Assembly: GCA_009784275.1 (NCBI GenBank)
Contig: WRCA01000001.1
Location: forward strand, 129,783 to 193,782
DNA: 64,000 bases
Direction: 5' to 3'
Origin: Alphaproteobacteria bacterium
Lineage (GTDB): Bacteria > Pseudomonadota > Alphaproteobacteria > Rs-D84
Shown: positions 38,797 to 48,669 of the stretch, piece after piece
Position numbering within the stretch: the first letter of the stretch is position 1
How the letters are laid out: each line of letters begins with the position of its first letter
Made by a program: the position numbers and the translations under genes
The notes under the pieces: generated by a model
The model's input: the letters and a program-made list of their open reading frames with translations, nothing else
What the model was told of the DNA's origin: nothing
Databases searched by the model: none

Positions 38797-38946
38797 ATGG
38801 CAGTTCCAAAGAAAAAAACCAGCGCAGCTCGCAGCAAACAACGGCGTGCTCATGACGCACTGCCGGTTATGCCGGCCTCTACCTGCAAAAAATGTGGCGA
38901 AAAAAAACGCCCACATCATGTTTGCGCAGCGTGCGGAACGAAATAA
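38797..38946 (+). CDS. rpmF: 50S ribosomal protein L32
   Basis: MAVPKKKTSAARSKQRRAHDAL...CKKCGEKKRPHHVCAACG. 49 aa, below the ORF-track cutoff. Found by direct translation. Confidence 0.8.
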   Translation: MAVPKKKTSAARSKQRRAHDALPVMPASTCKKCGEKKRPHHVCAACGTK

Positions 38947-38988
38947 AAGAATGGGGAAGAATAATTTTCTAACCCGTCTTTTCATCCA

Positions 38989-40062
38989 ATGTCAAACGCA
39001 AAAAAAATTATCGCTATCGATGCAATGGGGGGGGATAAAGCCCCGCGCTCTGTCTTGGGCGGTATGAATCAATTTTTATTTCAATATGGCGGAGATAATG
39101 TTCTATTCCGTGTTTTCGGGGACGAGCCGCGAATTCGCCGCTTGCTTCGGAAATATCCCCGCGTAGCCCGCCATTCGGAAATCATTCACGCGCCAGGTAA
39201 AATAAAATCTACCGACAAGGTTGTCGAAGTTATTCGTCATTCCGGCGACACATCCATGTATATGGCAATAAAAGATGTTCGCGAAGGCAATTCCTGCGCG
39301 GTTGTTTCTGCCGGAAATACGGGCGTTCTTATGGCTTTGTCAAAACTGGCGCTGAAAACTGTCGAGGGGATTTCCAGGCCTGCGATCACAACCATGCTGC
39401 CCAGCGGCGGTGGCGATCAACGTGTTGTAATCCTCGACCTGGGTGCGAATGTTATATGCGACGAGGAGAACTTATTCGATTTTGCTCTGATGGGAAGCGT
39501 GTATGCCGAAAAAATCGGAAAGATGCCACGCCCAAAAGTTGGCATTCTAAACATCGGGGAAGAAGACACCAAAGGCGACGAAGTTTTACAACGGCTGAAC
39601 AAAGTGTTATCCGAGCATAAGGAAGAATTGCCTTATGAATACATCGGTTTTGTAGAGGGCACAGATATCAGCGGTGGAAATGTTCAGGTTGTGGTAACAG
39701 ACGGATTTACCGGCAATATTGTTTTAAAGACTGTCGAAGGTACGGCAAAGCTGATAAAACGAGTGTTAATGGACACCTTTAAAAAATCTTGGGTTGCGGT
39801 GGCGGTTTCATTCCTATTGATTCATGTCTTCAAACGGCTTAAAAACAAGCTGGATCCACGTGCTTATGCTGGCGCAATATTTTTGGGACTAAATGGGTTT
39901 TCGGTAAAGACTCATGGCAACAGCGATGCCTTGGCTTTTTCGAACGCGATAAAATACGCGTCAGACCTGGCGGATGCCAGCTTTAACGACCAGATAAAAG
40001 CCAGTGCGGAAAAGTTGAAAAATGTGAAGGGTTTATTAAGGGAGAAGACGGATGGGGAATAG
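38989..40062 (+). CDS. plsX: phosphate acyltransferase PlsX
   Basis: IAIDAMGGDKAP and GNTG motifs. Position after rpmF. Confidence 0.85.
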   Translation: MSNAKKIIAIDAMGGDKAPRSVLGGMNQFLFQYGGDNVLFRVFGDEPRIRRLLRKYPRVARHSEIIHAPGKIKSTDKVVEVIRHSGDTSMYMAIKDVREGNSCAVVSAGNTGVLMALSKLALKTVEGISRPAITTMLPSGGGDQRVVILDLGANVICDEENLFDFALMGSVYAEKIGKMPRPKVGILNIGEEDTKGDEVLQRLNKVLSEHKEELPYEYIGFVEGTDISGGNVQVVVTDGFTGNIVLKTVEGTAKLIKRVLMDTFKKSWVAVAVSFLLIHVFKRLKNKLDPRAYAGAIFLGLNGFSVKTHGNSDALAFSNAIKYASDLADASFNDQIKASAEKLKNVKGLLREKTDGE

Positions 40063-40990
40063 ATTAATCGGCTATGGTTCTTATTTGCCGGAAAAGATTA
40101 TGACTAATGCTGATTTCGAAAAAATTTTGGATACTACTGATGAATGGATTTTATCGCGTACCGGAATAAAGCAACGACATTTCGCGCGTGAAGACGAAAC
40201 AGTTTCTGATATGGCGACGATCGCAGCGCGGCGCGCACTTGAAAATGCAAATTTACAGCCCGATGATATTGATCTGATTATTGTCGCGACGACTTCGGCA
40301 GAGATGGCTTTCCCATCTGTCGGCGCAATGGTATCGCGCGATTTGGGAATGACTAATAATGCGCCGGCGTTTGATGTTCGCGCTGCTTGCACCGGATATG
40401 TTTATGCGCTGCATTGCGCACGGGCTTTTTTCAATGCCGGAATGCATAACAGAATTATGGTTATCGGTGCGGAAAAAATGTCACGCTATATAGATTGGCG
40501 CGAGCGCAGTACCGCTGTTTTATTTGGCGATGGCGCAGGCGCAATGATTTTTGAGCATTCTTCGTCAAACTATTCAGGAATCATCGATACAGTCGTAGAT
40601 GCCGACGGACACGGTTATGGAATGCTGCATGAAAGCAATCATCAATCTGTCGAAATGAACGGTCCGGAAACTTACAAGCATGCCGTGCAATTAATGCCAG
40701 AGGCTGCGAACTATATCATGGATCATGCTGGCATTCAGGCTGAGAATATCGATTGGATTATCCCACACCAGGCAAACCTGCGCATTATTGAAAGCGGAGC
40801 GCAAAGGTTGGGTTTTCCGTTGGAAAAAATTATCATTACTGTGGATCAACATGCGAATACCAGCGGCGCATCAGGCGCATTAGCATTTGCATGGGGCATG
40901 GATAATGGTAAGATAAAGCATGGTCAATTAATAATGTATCCAGCGTTCGGGTCGGGTTTGACTTGGGGCGCAGCAATGATAAGGGTGTAA
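40052..40990 (+). CDS. fabH: 3-oxoacyl-ACP synthase III
   Basis: Active-site AACTG (Cys), HQANLRI (His), GSGLTWG. Confidence 0.9.
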   Translation: MGNRLIGYGSYLPEKIMTNADFEKILDTTDEWILSRTGIKQRHFAREDETVSDMATIAARRALENANLQPDDIDLIIVATTSAEMAFPSVGAMVSRDLGMTNNAPAFDVRAACTGYVYALHCARAFFNAGMHNRIMVIGAEKMSRYIDWRERSTAVLFGDGAGAMIFEHSSSNYSGIIDTVVDADGHGYGMLHESNHQSVEMNGPETYKHAVQLMPEAANYIMDHAGIQAENIDWIIPHQANLRIIESGAQRLGFPLEKIIITVDQHANTSGASGALAFAWGMDNGKIKHGQLIMYPAFGSGLTWGAAMIRV

Positions 40991-40992
40991 AA

Positions 40993-41277
40993 ATGGCAAC
41001 TGTTTCAAGAATAGATTTTTCAAAAAGATTAAGCGCGACAACCGGATTAAGCATGGCAGAAGCCGGCAAGCTGGTAGATCTTGTGTTTTCAGAAATCGCG
41101 GAATCATTAATTCGCGGGGAAGAAGTGAAAATCGCAAATCTGGGGACTTTCAAAATCTTGGAAAAAAACGCACGCATGGGACGCAATCCAAAGACCGGCG
41201 AGACCGCAGTAATTTCTGCCCGTCGTGTTGCATCATTTAAACCCAGCGCAGAATTAAGAAAAAAAATGGCTAATTAA
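40993..41277 (+). CDS. ihfA: integration host factor alpha subunit
   Basis: MATVSRIDFSKRL...GLS..EA..LVD.VF.EI...GE.V...GTF....ARMGRNPKTGE. Follows fabH as in alphaproteobacteria. Confidence 0.75.
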   Translation: MATVSRIDFSKRLSATTGLSMAEAGKLVDLVFSEIAESLIRGEEVKIANLGTFKILEKNARMGRNPKTGETAVISARRVASFKPSAELRKKMAN

Positions 41278-41302
41278 AATCCCGCTTTCGCGGGATTTTT
41301 TA
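41277..41302. terminator. bidirectional terminator AAAATCCCGCTTTCGCGGGATTTTTT
   Basis: Between convergent ihfA and pepO. Confidence 0.65.
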
Positions 41303-43282
41303 CCACACTTTCACCCTCTCTTCCGGAGAAATATAAAGTTTGTCCGTTGGCACTACATCAAATGCTTCATACCATTTATCAATATGCGGCAAAATTCCAT
41401 TAACACGCCACTCGGATAAAGAATGCGGATCGACTTTGGTAAGACGCACAACTTCTTCTGGACGTATGTTCTGATTTTCGCATGCCGCATAACCCAGGAA
41501 AAATATTTGTTCTGGCGTGAATTCGGATTTCGCCGCACCGCTACCCGCCAGTTTCCATGCATCAAATGAAATCATGATTCCACCATAGTCTGCCAAATTC
41601 TCACCCAATGTAAATTTTCCGTTCGCATACAATCCTGGCGCGACTTCAATTTTATTGAAAAAGTCTTCCATGACTTTCGCACGCGTTTCGAACGCTTTGG
41701 CATCCGATGGTTTCCACCAGTCTTTCAGATTACCATCCTTGTCAAACTTTCTTCCTTGGTCATCAAAGCCATGTGTCATTTCGTGTCCGATGACGCTGCC
41801 GATCGCGCCATAGTTTATGGCATCCGGAGCATTGAAATCAAAAAACGGGGGCTGCAAAATCCCTGCAGGAAAACAAATCTCGTTCGTTGGCGGATTATAA
41901 TAAGCATTAACTGTTTGCGGATACATATGCCAATGATCTCTATCAACAGGACCATCAGCTTTTTCTATCCAGAACGCATCTTCAAAAGCTGCTGCCGCTC
42001 GCAAATTCTCATACAGCGAAACCTTTTCGGAAATTTCCAGCTTTGAATAATCACGCCATTTATCCGGATAGCCGATTTTCACGCGGAAAGTTCCCAATTT
42101 TTCCAATGCCTGCTTCTTTGTTTCTGGCGACATCCATTCAAGGTTTTCAATTCTTATGGCATATGCACGACGCAGATTTTCAACCAGGTTCAGCATTTTT
42201 TCTTTTGCCGCGGGCGGGAAATATTTTTCTACATAAACCTGTCCCACGGCCTCGCCCATCACACCCTCTGCCAATGACACCGCGTCTTTCCAGCGTGGGC
42301 GCCGTTCGGTTTTTCCCGATAATGTTTTGCTGTAGAATTCGAACTGCAGTTCGTACTGCGCATCGCCCAACACGGCCATCGCGCTATTTGCAACCCGCCA
42401 TTTCATATAAGCGCGCAGATTTTCCAATGGCTCTTTTTTGATGATCTCAAGCGCAGCTGCAATCGCTTCGGGTTGTGCGACATTGATGTTTTTCGGGTTC
42501 GCCATACGCAATTCGAAATAATTTTTCCAATTAAGGCCCGCGTATTTTTTAACAAGCTCCGCACGAGTCATTTTGTGATAATTCGCATGTGGATCACGCA
42601 ACTTTTCTTTTTTATAATGCGCCTTGGCAAGTTTTTCTTCGATCTGATAAACAGCCTTTGGGTCGCCTGGGATTGAAAACATTACGAAAACATCGCCCAT
42701 ATACTTCTTATACTTTTCGCGAATTTCTTGTGACCGCTCATCAGTATCAAAATAATATTCGCGTTCCGGCAGGCCGATTCCGCCTTGGCCCATGGAATAA
42801 ATATAATGATCGCTGTCCATTATGTCTTCTTCGACGCCATTGCTCCAAAAAGCGCCGCCAAAACGATGAAAGTCCGCCAGCACACCCCAGAACTCTTCCG
42901 CATTTTTAATCATATCTATCAGTTCGAATTCTTTTGATACAGGCGCGACCCCGTCCTTGTTCAAACGATTTGCATCCATGGCTTGTTTATAAATCGTTGC
43001 GATTTTTTTATTGCTGGTATCGCGGACAATTTTATGAAGCTTTTCTGAATTTTCCTGACGTAGCTTGTCAAAAACGCCATAACGAGCATACTCGCCAGTC
43101 AGCGGATTCTTGCGGCGCCATCCCGCGCCCGCATAGCTGTAAAAATCGTCGCCCGGACGAATAGTCAAATCCATATTTGTAATATCAATCATGCTTCTGG
43201 GTTCCTTTCTTATATAATAAATTGTCACGGCTGTAATCACTACCGCGAGTATTCCAATGATGTTGAGTAGTTTGCTCTTCAT
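41300..43282 (-). CDS. pepO: M13 family zinc metallopeptidase (PepO / endothelin-converting-enzyme-like), membrane anchored
   Basis: N-terminal TM IIGILAVVITAVTIYYI. HEMTHGFD zinc motif and ENLADYGG downstream motif. Confidence 0.8.
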   Translation of the reverse strand: MKSKLLNIIGILAVVITAVTIYYIRKEPRSMIDITNMDLTIRPGDDFYSYAGAGWRRKNPLTGEYARYGVFDKLRQENSEKLHKIVRDTSNKKIATIYKQAMDANRLNKDGVAPVSKEFELIDMIKNAEEFWGVLADFHRFGGAFWSNGVEEDIMDSDHYIYSMGQGGIGLPEREYYFDTDERSQEIREKYKKYMGDVFVMFSIPGDPKAVYQIEEKLAKAHYKKEKLRDPHANYHKMTRAELVKKYAGLNWKNYFELRMANPKNINVAQPEAIAAALEIIKKEPLENLRAYMKWRVANSAMAVLGDAQYELQFEFYSKTLSGKTERRPRWKDAVSLAEGVMGEAVGQVYVEKYFPPAAKEKMLNLVENLRRAYAIRIENLEWMSPETKKQALEKLGTFRVKIGYPDKWRDYSKLEISEKVSLYENLRAAAAFEDAFWIEKADGPVDRDHWHMYPQTVNAYYNPPTNEICFPAGILQPPFFDFNAPDAINYGAIGSVIGHEMTHGFDDQGRKFDKDGNLKDWWKPSDAKAFETRAKVMEDFFNKIEVAPGLYANGKFTLGENLADYGGIMISFDAWKLAGSGAAKSEFTPEQIFFLGYAACENQNIRPEEVVRLTKVDPHSLSEWRVNGILPHIDKWYEAFDVVPTDKLYISPEERVKVW

Positions 43283-44370
43283 TTTAATAACCTTACTATC
43301 AAATTGTCCAAAAGCAAAAAATTTTTCGCGACTAATCTATTATCTTTAATCGTCAATTCCGCAGAATTCCAATTAGTGATTTCTTTGATTTCCGGCGTCA
43401 GTTTAACGCCCTGCGTTGTGCGCAACCCAGTAAGCAGGACTTCCAAAGCGCGTTCGCGGTTTTGTAGGGGCGCTTCACGAAGCACCCCTATGGAATCGTA
43501 TTTAGTCTCATACCACTGATTATTTATAAAAACTCTGCCTGCGGCGCCGTCACCCAGACCCAGATAAGGCTGACCATCCCACACATTCGCATTATGCTGG
43601 CACGGGGTTCCATAGTTTGACACTTCGTATCGTTGCAAATTTAATGTTTCGCCCACTGCCTCGTACATCTGCGCCATCGTTTCATTGTCGGGCATTTTTA
43701 GATTTTGTTTTGCAAGCGCCGTACCAGATTCGATAGATAACTCATACATAGAACAATGTTCCAATCCCAATTCATTTATTTGCTGGCAGAGTTTTTTTAC
43801 ATCCGCCACAGTTTGATCCGGCAGTCCATAAATAAAATCTGCGCTGACGCGAATACCCGCGTTTTGCGCGTCCGCAATAAATTTTCGCGCATCTGTCGCA
43901 TTATGAATTCGTCCCAAGAATTTTAGTTCTTCATCATTTAATGACTGCACACCAATAGAAATTCTATTGACGCCTGCGGCGATAAATTCTTGCAAACGCT
44001 GTGTATCGATTGTTCCAGGATTTGCTTCGATTGTAATTTCTGTATCTGGCGCGACATCGAATGCACTGCGGATTGCATTCATGATTTCCGCAAAGATTTT
44101 TGTCGGCATCAAGCTGGGCGTGCCGCCGCCGAAAAAGATCGTTGGCACGGCGGCGCGCCCGATCTTCCCGACCCAAAAATTAATTTCTGATAAGATTTGA
44201 TTTTTATAATCCAGCCAATCGGGCGCACCGCAAACCTTGGAATAAAACGCGCAATAATTACATTTCTTTACGCAGAATGGAACATGGATATAGATATTAT
44301 GCGGTGATACAGTCATACGATTATTGCAGAGCTTTTGGAACATATCCAAAAGTTTCATCATTGATACCAT
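43279..44370 (-). CDS. hemW: radical SAM heme chaperone HemW (HemN-like, oxygen-independent coproporphyrinogen oxidase family); true start probably the ATG at 44316
   Basis: IYIHVPFCVKKCNYCAF CxxxCxxC cluster. 4 nt overlap with the pepO start. The longer ORF overlaps the upstream gene by 50 nt. Confidence 0.75.
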   Translation of the reverse strand: MVSMMKLLDMFQKLCNNRMTVSPHNIYIHVPFCVKKCNYCAFYSKVCGAPDWLDYKNQILSEINFWVGKIGRAAVPTIFFGGGTPSLMPTKIFAEIMNAIRSAFDVAPDTEITIEANPGTIDTQRLQEFIAAGVNRISIGVQSLNDEELKFLGRIHNATDARKFIADAQNAGIRVSADFIYGLPDQTVADVKKLCQQINELGLEHCSMYELSIESGTALAKQNLKMPDNETMAQMYEAVGETLNLQRYEVSNYGTPCQHNANVWDGQPYLGLGDGAAGRVFINNQWYETKYDSIGVLREAPLQNRERALEVLLTGLRTTQGVKLTPEIKEITNWNSAELTIKDNRLVAKNFLLLDNLIVRLLK

Positions 44371-46789
44371 TACAGTATGTTTGACTACCGGTAATTCCAG
44401 ATGTACCAGTAGTCTTCAAACCAAATGGACATACTTTATTATTGAAATCTGCGAAACTTACATCGTCGAGAGGAAGGCTTACTACACTGCGCTGACAGCT
44501 GGTACTATTGCAAAGATCCGGATCATTGCTTGCAACTGCATTTGGATCTGGCTGCAGTATTGCTGGAGTACTTGGATAAGTATTATACCGCTCTGGACTG
44601 CAACCCAACGAAGTACCATTAGCACTACGCCGCCCCCCATTTTCCCAACAGCTGCATATCCCCCAAGATGTCGTGTCTATTTTCTTCCCGTAATCCATCG
44701 GGCACATATTTTCTTCAAATACGCCATTCGCAGAAACTATGTCATACAATACAGCCAGCATTGTGATAAAGCCGCCGGGCGTAGAGAAATCCGCCACGCA
44801 GAATTGAGAATACATATCTGGCGATAAAAATCTTTTTTGAACAAATCTGCCGCCATAGTTCTGACATTCGGAAGACAACCTGTTTGTTATCTGATTATAA
44901 ATTTCCGTCGCGACACCCCGGCTATGCATCGATTTTGGATTAAATGTAGTTCCTTCTTCCAACCCATACGTGCCATTCATTTTGTCGAACCCGCCAAATA
45001 CTTCAAGCGCAAAATCAGCATTGTCATCGGTCTTGAAGTTGCAGGCAGTAACATCAATTAGCTGCCTTGCGCATGGCGATATAACAGACCCGCTTTCATC
45101 CTTGAATGTAAACCAATCCAATGCTCTGCCAGTCGAAAAGATTCCGCTGATCGGATTATAAAAGTTGTTATATCCAACGCCACCGAAGTTATCAAAGCAC
45201 TGCTTAACCACCGCGCGGCAGGAATCCATCAGGTCTTGATTCTTTCTATTTTCAATATACTGCGCGATTATTCCCTGCCCTTCGCCGCGGCTGAACATAT
45301 AATCGCATGCGGTCACATATTTCTGACAAGTTGCATCCTGCAGATCGATCATGCCGGGGGTCAAATCTACCGCGCTGTTAATCAATCCAGCCATTGCCGC
45401 GGTTATCGCATGTGACCCATTCATATAACAAGCCGACACGAAGTCCATGCATCCGGTTTTGATTTCATCGACCTTTTCCCTTTGCGAGTAATAGATTTCC
45501 AGCATCGCTTTATCCAAATAATCCGCCCAGACTTGATCTGCTATCTCGGTACATTTATCCAGCGAAGGTTGAGCAAACTGTCTGACCTTTTTTTCAAATG
45601 TAGTCACAAACGTACGATTGTTCGGATTCCTTGCCAGTTTTTGTTCCCCCAGCGATATATTGCTTGTAAATGACAGCATTTCTTGCAATCTGAAAAACTC
45701 TACTACACCCTCCAACGGTCTGCCTGTTGTTACATCTATGAATTTTCCATTATCAAGACACTTGCGGTATCCCAAACCGCAAACTTCTTCAGACTGCACC
45801 GCTTTCTCAACATTGCGCAAGCATTCTGTCGCGTCCGAAGAATTTCGTTCTTGGCGATCCTGAACGCGCGCCAGGTTCAGCATAGCGCCGCCTTCGCGCA
45901 CAGCAGCAGCCATCTTCTTTTTATTTTCATCTATTTGTCTTTGCACTGTGTTGCAATCTTGCTCCACCGCCATCAAATATGCCGTAACCGCGCGCTGCAA
46001 GGCCGCATCGTTGCAATCACCGCGTACAGCTTCGCGACATTTTCCATAAATCGCGGTATAAAGATTTTTTCCGTTGTATGCCGCAATCGCTTGACCGCTG
46101 TCCATAAAGCCAAATCCCGCGGACTCATCCATTTTTATATTGATGCTGTTCAGGCCTTCGTACGCGCCGCCAACCGTGGCATTTTCACCCTTTATTGAAT
46201 TCATAATCGCTTGCAGCAAAGCCTTGGATGCGGACTTGTCGCCGGTCAGTGCCAGCTCTCCCTCGCTGGCCTTGCGCATGGCTTCTGCTTGGGCGGCGCT
46301 CATCCCGACTACATCCAAAGACTCGGTAAAAGTCGTCAGCTGCGCACCAGCATCCCTCATTACGCCTTGCGCCGCAGTAATGTCATAGATTTTATCCGAG
46401 CAAGAACAACGTTGATAAGTTGGATCTTTTATCGCGCAAAATTGGTCCATACAGGCAAAATAAGCGGACTTGCATTGATCGTACTCCATGCCGGTGCGCG
46501 TGCCGACTGATTGAGTTTCCGTTGCAGCGCGCGCCCTTACCAAAGGTTGTTGCGTTGCGGAACGTGTTGTTTGGACTTGCGTTGCACTGCGTGCAGGTGT
46601 TGATGTTGCAGAGCGTGCTGCAACCTGGGGCGCTGCGCCACGCGTAGAAATATTGGTGGTTGCGCTGCGGCTGACAACCTCTGCCGACGTTGCAGGGCGC
46701 GCAGACCTGGTGACATCACGCGGTGCGGCATCTGCATGATGCGCACAAAACAGCGTCAATCCGATAAAAATCAGAGAAATTTTTTTCAT
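44321..46789 (-). CDS. large secreted cysteine-rich protein, paralog B (822 aa)
   Basis: MKKISLIFIGLTLFCAHHADA signal peptide, RSAT-type repeats, SAYFACMDQFC...RCSCS block and further colinear Cys and motif conservation with the 717 aa protein. Confidence 0.6.
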   Translation of the reverse strand: MKKISLIFIGLTLFCAHHADAAPRDVTRSARPATSAEVVSRSATTNISTRGAAPQVAARSATSTPARSATQVQTTRSATQQPLVRARAATETQSVGTRTGMEYDQCKSAYFACMDQFCAIKDPTYQRCSCSDKIYDITAAQGVMRDAGAQLTTFTESLDVVGMSAAQAEAMRKASEGELALTGDKSASKALLQAIMNSIKGENATVGGAYEGLNSINIKMDESAGFGFMDSGQAIAAYNGKNLYTAIYGKCREAVRGDCNDAALQRAVTAYLMAVEQDCNTVQRQIDENKKKMAAAVREGGAMLNLARVQDRQERNSSDATECLRNVEKAVQSEEVCGLGYRKCLDNGKFIDVTTGRPLEGVVEFFRLQEMLSFTSNISLGEQKLARNPNNRTFVTTFEKKVRQFAQPSLDKCTEIADQVWADYLDKAMLEIYYSQREKVDEIKTGCMDFVSACYMNGSHAITAAMAGLINSAVDLTPGMIDLQDATCQKYVTACDYMFSRGEGQGIIAQYIENRKNQDLMDSCRAVVKQCFDNFGGVGYNNFYNPISGIFSTGRALDWFTFKDESGSVISPCARQLIDVTACNFKTDDNADFALEVFGGFDKMNGTYGLEEGTTFNPKSMHSRGVATEIYNQITNRLSSECQNYGGRFVQKRFLSPDMYSQFCVADFSTPGGFITMLAVLYDIVSANGVFEENMCPMDYGKKIDTTSWGICSCWENGGRRSANGTSLGCSPERYNTYPSTPAILQPDPNAVASNDPDLCNSTSCQRSVVSLPLDDVSFADFNNKVCPFGLKTTGTSGITGSQTYCNGINDETFGYVPKALQ

Positions 46790-46884
46790 TCCTGATGAAA
46801 TTATACAGAATTTTGCAAAGCCCGGTCAATCAGTATTTAATTCTTGCAAAGGGGATTTTTTTGGGATAATATTGCTGTCGCTTG

Positions 46885-46968
46885 CGGATATGGCGGAATT
46901 GGTAGACGCGCTAGTTTCAGGTACTAGTGGGGCGACCCTTGGAAGTTCGAGTCTTCTTATCCGCACCA
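46885..46968 (+). tRNA. tRNA-Leu (anticodon CAG)
   Basis: GCGGATATGGCGGAATTGGTAGACGCGCTAGTTTCAGGTACTAG... long variable arm ...TTCGAGTCTTCTTATCCGCACCA. Confidence 0.85.
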
Positions 46969-46975
46969 TTTTTTA

Positions 46976-47051
46976 GGGGTTGTAGCTCAGTTGGTAGAGC
47001 GCTACGTTCGCATCGTAGAGGTCGTGAGTTCGAGTCTCATCAGCTCCACCA
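46976..47051 (+). tRNA. tRNA-Cys (anticodon GCA)
   Basis: GGGGTTGTAGCTCAGTTGGTAGAGCGCTACGTTCGCATCGTAG...GTTCGAGTCTCATCAGCTCCACCA. Anticodon loop TTCGCAT. Confidence 0.75.
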
Positions 47052-47057
47052 GTTTCT

Positions 47058-47144
47058 GGTCTTGTGGCGGAATGGTAGACGCTGAGGACTTAAAATCCTT
47101 TGGTTATTGCAACCGTGTGGGTTCGAGTCCCACCAAGACCACCA
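47058..47144 (+). tRNA. tRNA-Leu (anticodon UAA)
   Basis: GGTCTTGTGGCGGAATGGTAGACGCTGAGGACTTAAAATCCTT... long variable arm ...GGGTTCGAGTCCCACCAAGACCACCA. Confidence 0.85.
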
Positions 47145-47258
47145 TGAACTTTGTTCCTATAAACCTTGCAACCTTACGACGCGCACATCTGCTCGTTGCT
47201 AATAACGCTCCTCGCAGTGTGCTTTTACGCTCGGTTTCGAGTCCCACCAAGACCACCA
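47145..47258 (+). repeat. tRNA-Leu tail module (homolog of 16087-16201) ending in an imperfect copy of the tRNA-Leu(UAA) 3' end (GGTTTCGAGTCCCACCAAGACCACCA)
   Basis: 3' 26 nt have one mismatch against 47119-47144. Shared spacer motifs are AACCTTG(T/C)AACCT.AC.A.GCGC and TTACGCTCGGTTTC. Confidence 0.75.
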
Positions 47259-47354
47259 AAAAATTCCCCGCGATCTTCGTAATTTTATTTCATGCTAAGT
47301 GAAATAAAAAAACCAGCACAAAGTATGCTTTACGCTGGTTAATTTTGAACTTAC

Positions 47355-48020
47355 TTATCTATTTTTAATATTCCGATTGATGACCGCCATTGCGCGGGCG
47401 TGGTCTTTCGGATTATCCGGAAAGTTAACTAATGCCTTCTTTGCGCCAGCGCCATCACGGCTGGGTTCTACTATTACTTCTGGAACGCTCGATGTTTCTT
47501 TGCCTATATCTTCCAAAACAAAACACCCATCAAATGAAACTCGTTTTGCTTTGAAGCACAATGCTTCATGTTCGCAACGGTCGCAATCAAGCAATAATGG
47601 TCCATGCATCGCTAACTCGGCACATGCCTCTTTGAAAATGTTTTTGGCAGTTTTTTCATCCATACCTATCGCTTTCCCCACCGTCGAGATCGTCAATGCA
47701 ATCGCTTTCTCTGCTTCTGTAGGAGTAATCTCAATTTTATCAAAAAGCTGGTGGGTAACTCGGAAAATATATTTCGACACATTTTGCATTTGGACTAACG
47801 GCGTGGCTTTTTTATATTCTTCGACCTTGTTTCTGGGAACATTCAGAATATCACCAGGCTGGTGCATCGCAGCAACCAAATAATTCGTTTCCGGATATAT
47901 TTTTGCACATTCTTCTGCAAGCGCGGCTTTTTCAAGCAACTGTTCAAACCAATGCTTCATCGAACGCGCATTGCCAATGATCAATCTATTAAATTCTTTT
48001 TCAAATTTTTCAAAAGACAT
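47355..48020 (-). CDS. hypothetical protein with C-terminal Cys cluster (DCDRCEHEALC...C)
   Basis: 221 aa ORF, no family recognised. Possible metal-binding site. Confidence 0.4.
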   Translation of the reverse strand: MSFEKFEKEFNRLIIGNARSMKHWFEQLLEKAALAEECAKIYPETNYLVAAMHQPGDILNVPRNKVEEYKKATPLVQMQNVSKYIFRVTHQLFDKIEITPTEAEKAIALTISTVGKAIGMDEKTAKNIFKEACAELAMHGPLLLDCDRCEHEALCFKAKRVSFDGCFVLEDIGKETSSVPEVIVEPSRDGAGAKKALVNFPDNPKDHARAMAVINRNIKNR

Positions 48021-48186
48021 CTTAAACTCCTATTATTTTGACACCAATATAACACAACTTTATTATTTGTCAATAAATAATATTCATTCTTGCTTATAAT
48101 GGTATTATAATACCCGTCTGATTTTCCTTGACTTTCTGGTGGCTACAAGGCATAATTGCCTCGCTTTTTAATAAAAGGTTAAAAAT

Positions 48187-48669
48187 ATGCAACTCACTAA
48201 ATCAACCAAATCGCTGAAAGCGAAGGAATTGGAGTCCAAATGGATTCTAATCGACGCAACCGGCGTTACCCTGGGACGTTTGGCCGCTTATGTCGCCACC
48301 GTTCTGCGCGGAAAGAATAAGCCGACTTTCACACCCAACATGGACTGCGGCGATCATGTCGTCATCATCAATGCTGAAAAAATCGCTTTGTCCGGTCAAA
48401 AAGCTGACAAAACAAAATTCTTTTGGCATACCGGTTGGACCGGCAGCATCAAAGAACGCACTTTTGGTCAGATGCGCGCTGAAAAACCTGAACAGTTTGT
48501 TTTCAATGCCGTTAAACGCATGATGGGACGTCGCACTTCGGTCGCTTTGGCTAACCAACGTTTGAAAAAACTGCACGTTTATGCTGGACCAGAACACAAA
48601 CATGCCGCGCAAAACCCAGTCGTCGTCGACTTTGCAAACATGAATCCGAAAAATAAAAGGGGCGAATAA
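48187..48669 (+). CDS. rplM: 50S ribosomal protein L13
   Basis: [32 protein letters not shown]...[13 protein letters not shown]. Confidence 0.9.
   Translation: MQLTKSTKSLKAKELESKWILIDATGVTLGRLAAYVATVLRGKNKPTFTPNMDCGDHVVIINAEKIALSGQKADKTKFFWHTGWTGSIKERTFGQMRAEKPEQFVFNAVKRMMGRRTSVALANQRLKKLHVYAGPEHKHAAQNPVVVDFANMNPKNKRGE

Noticed and set aside
43279-46789. Cys-rich protein plus radical SAM as a RiPP-like maturation system
   Set aside because: The radical SAM protein has the HemW/HemN signature (a heme chaperone, not a peptide maturase). The Cys-rich protein is 822 aa with a signal peptide, far too large for a RiPP precursor. Its paralog has no radical SAM neighbour.
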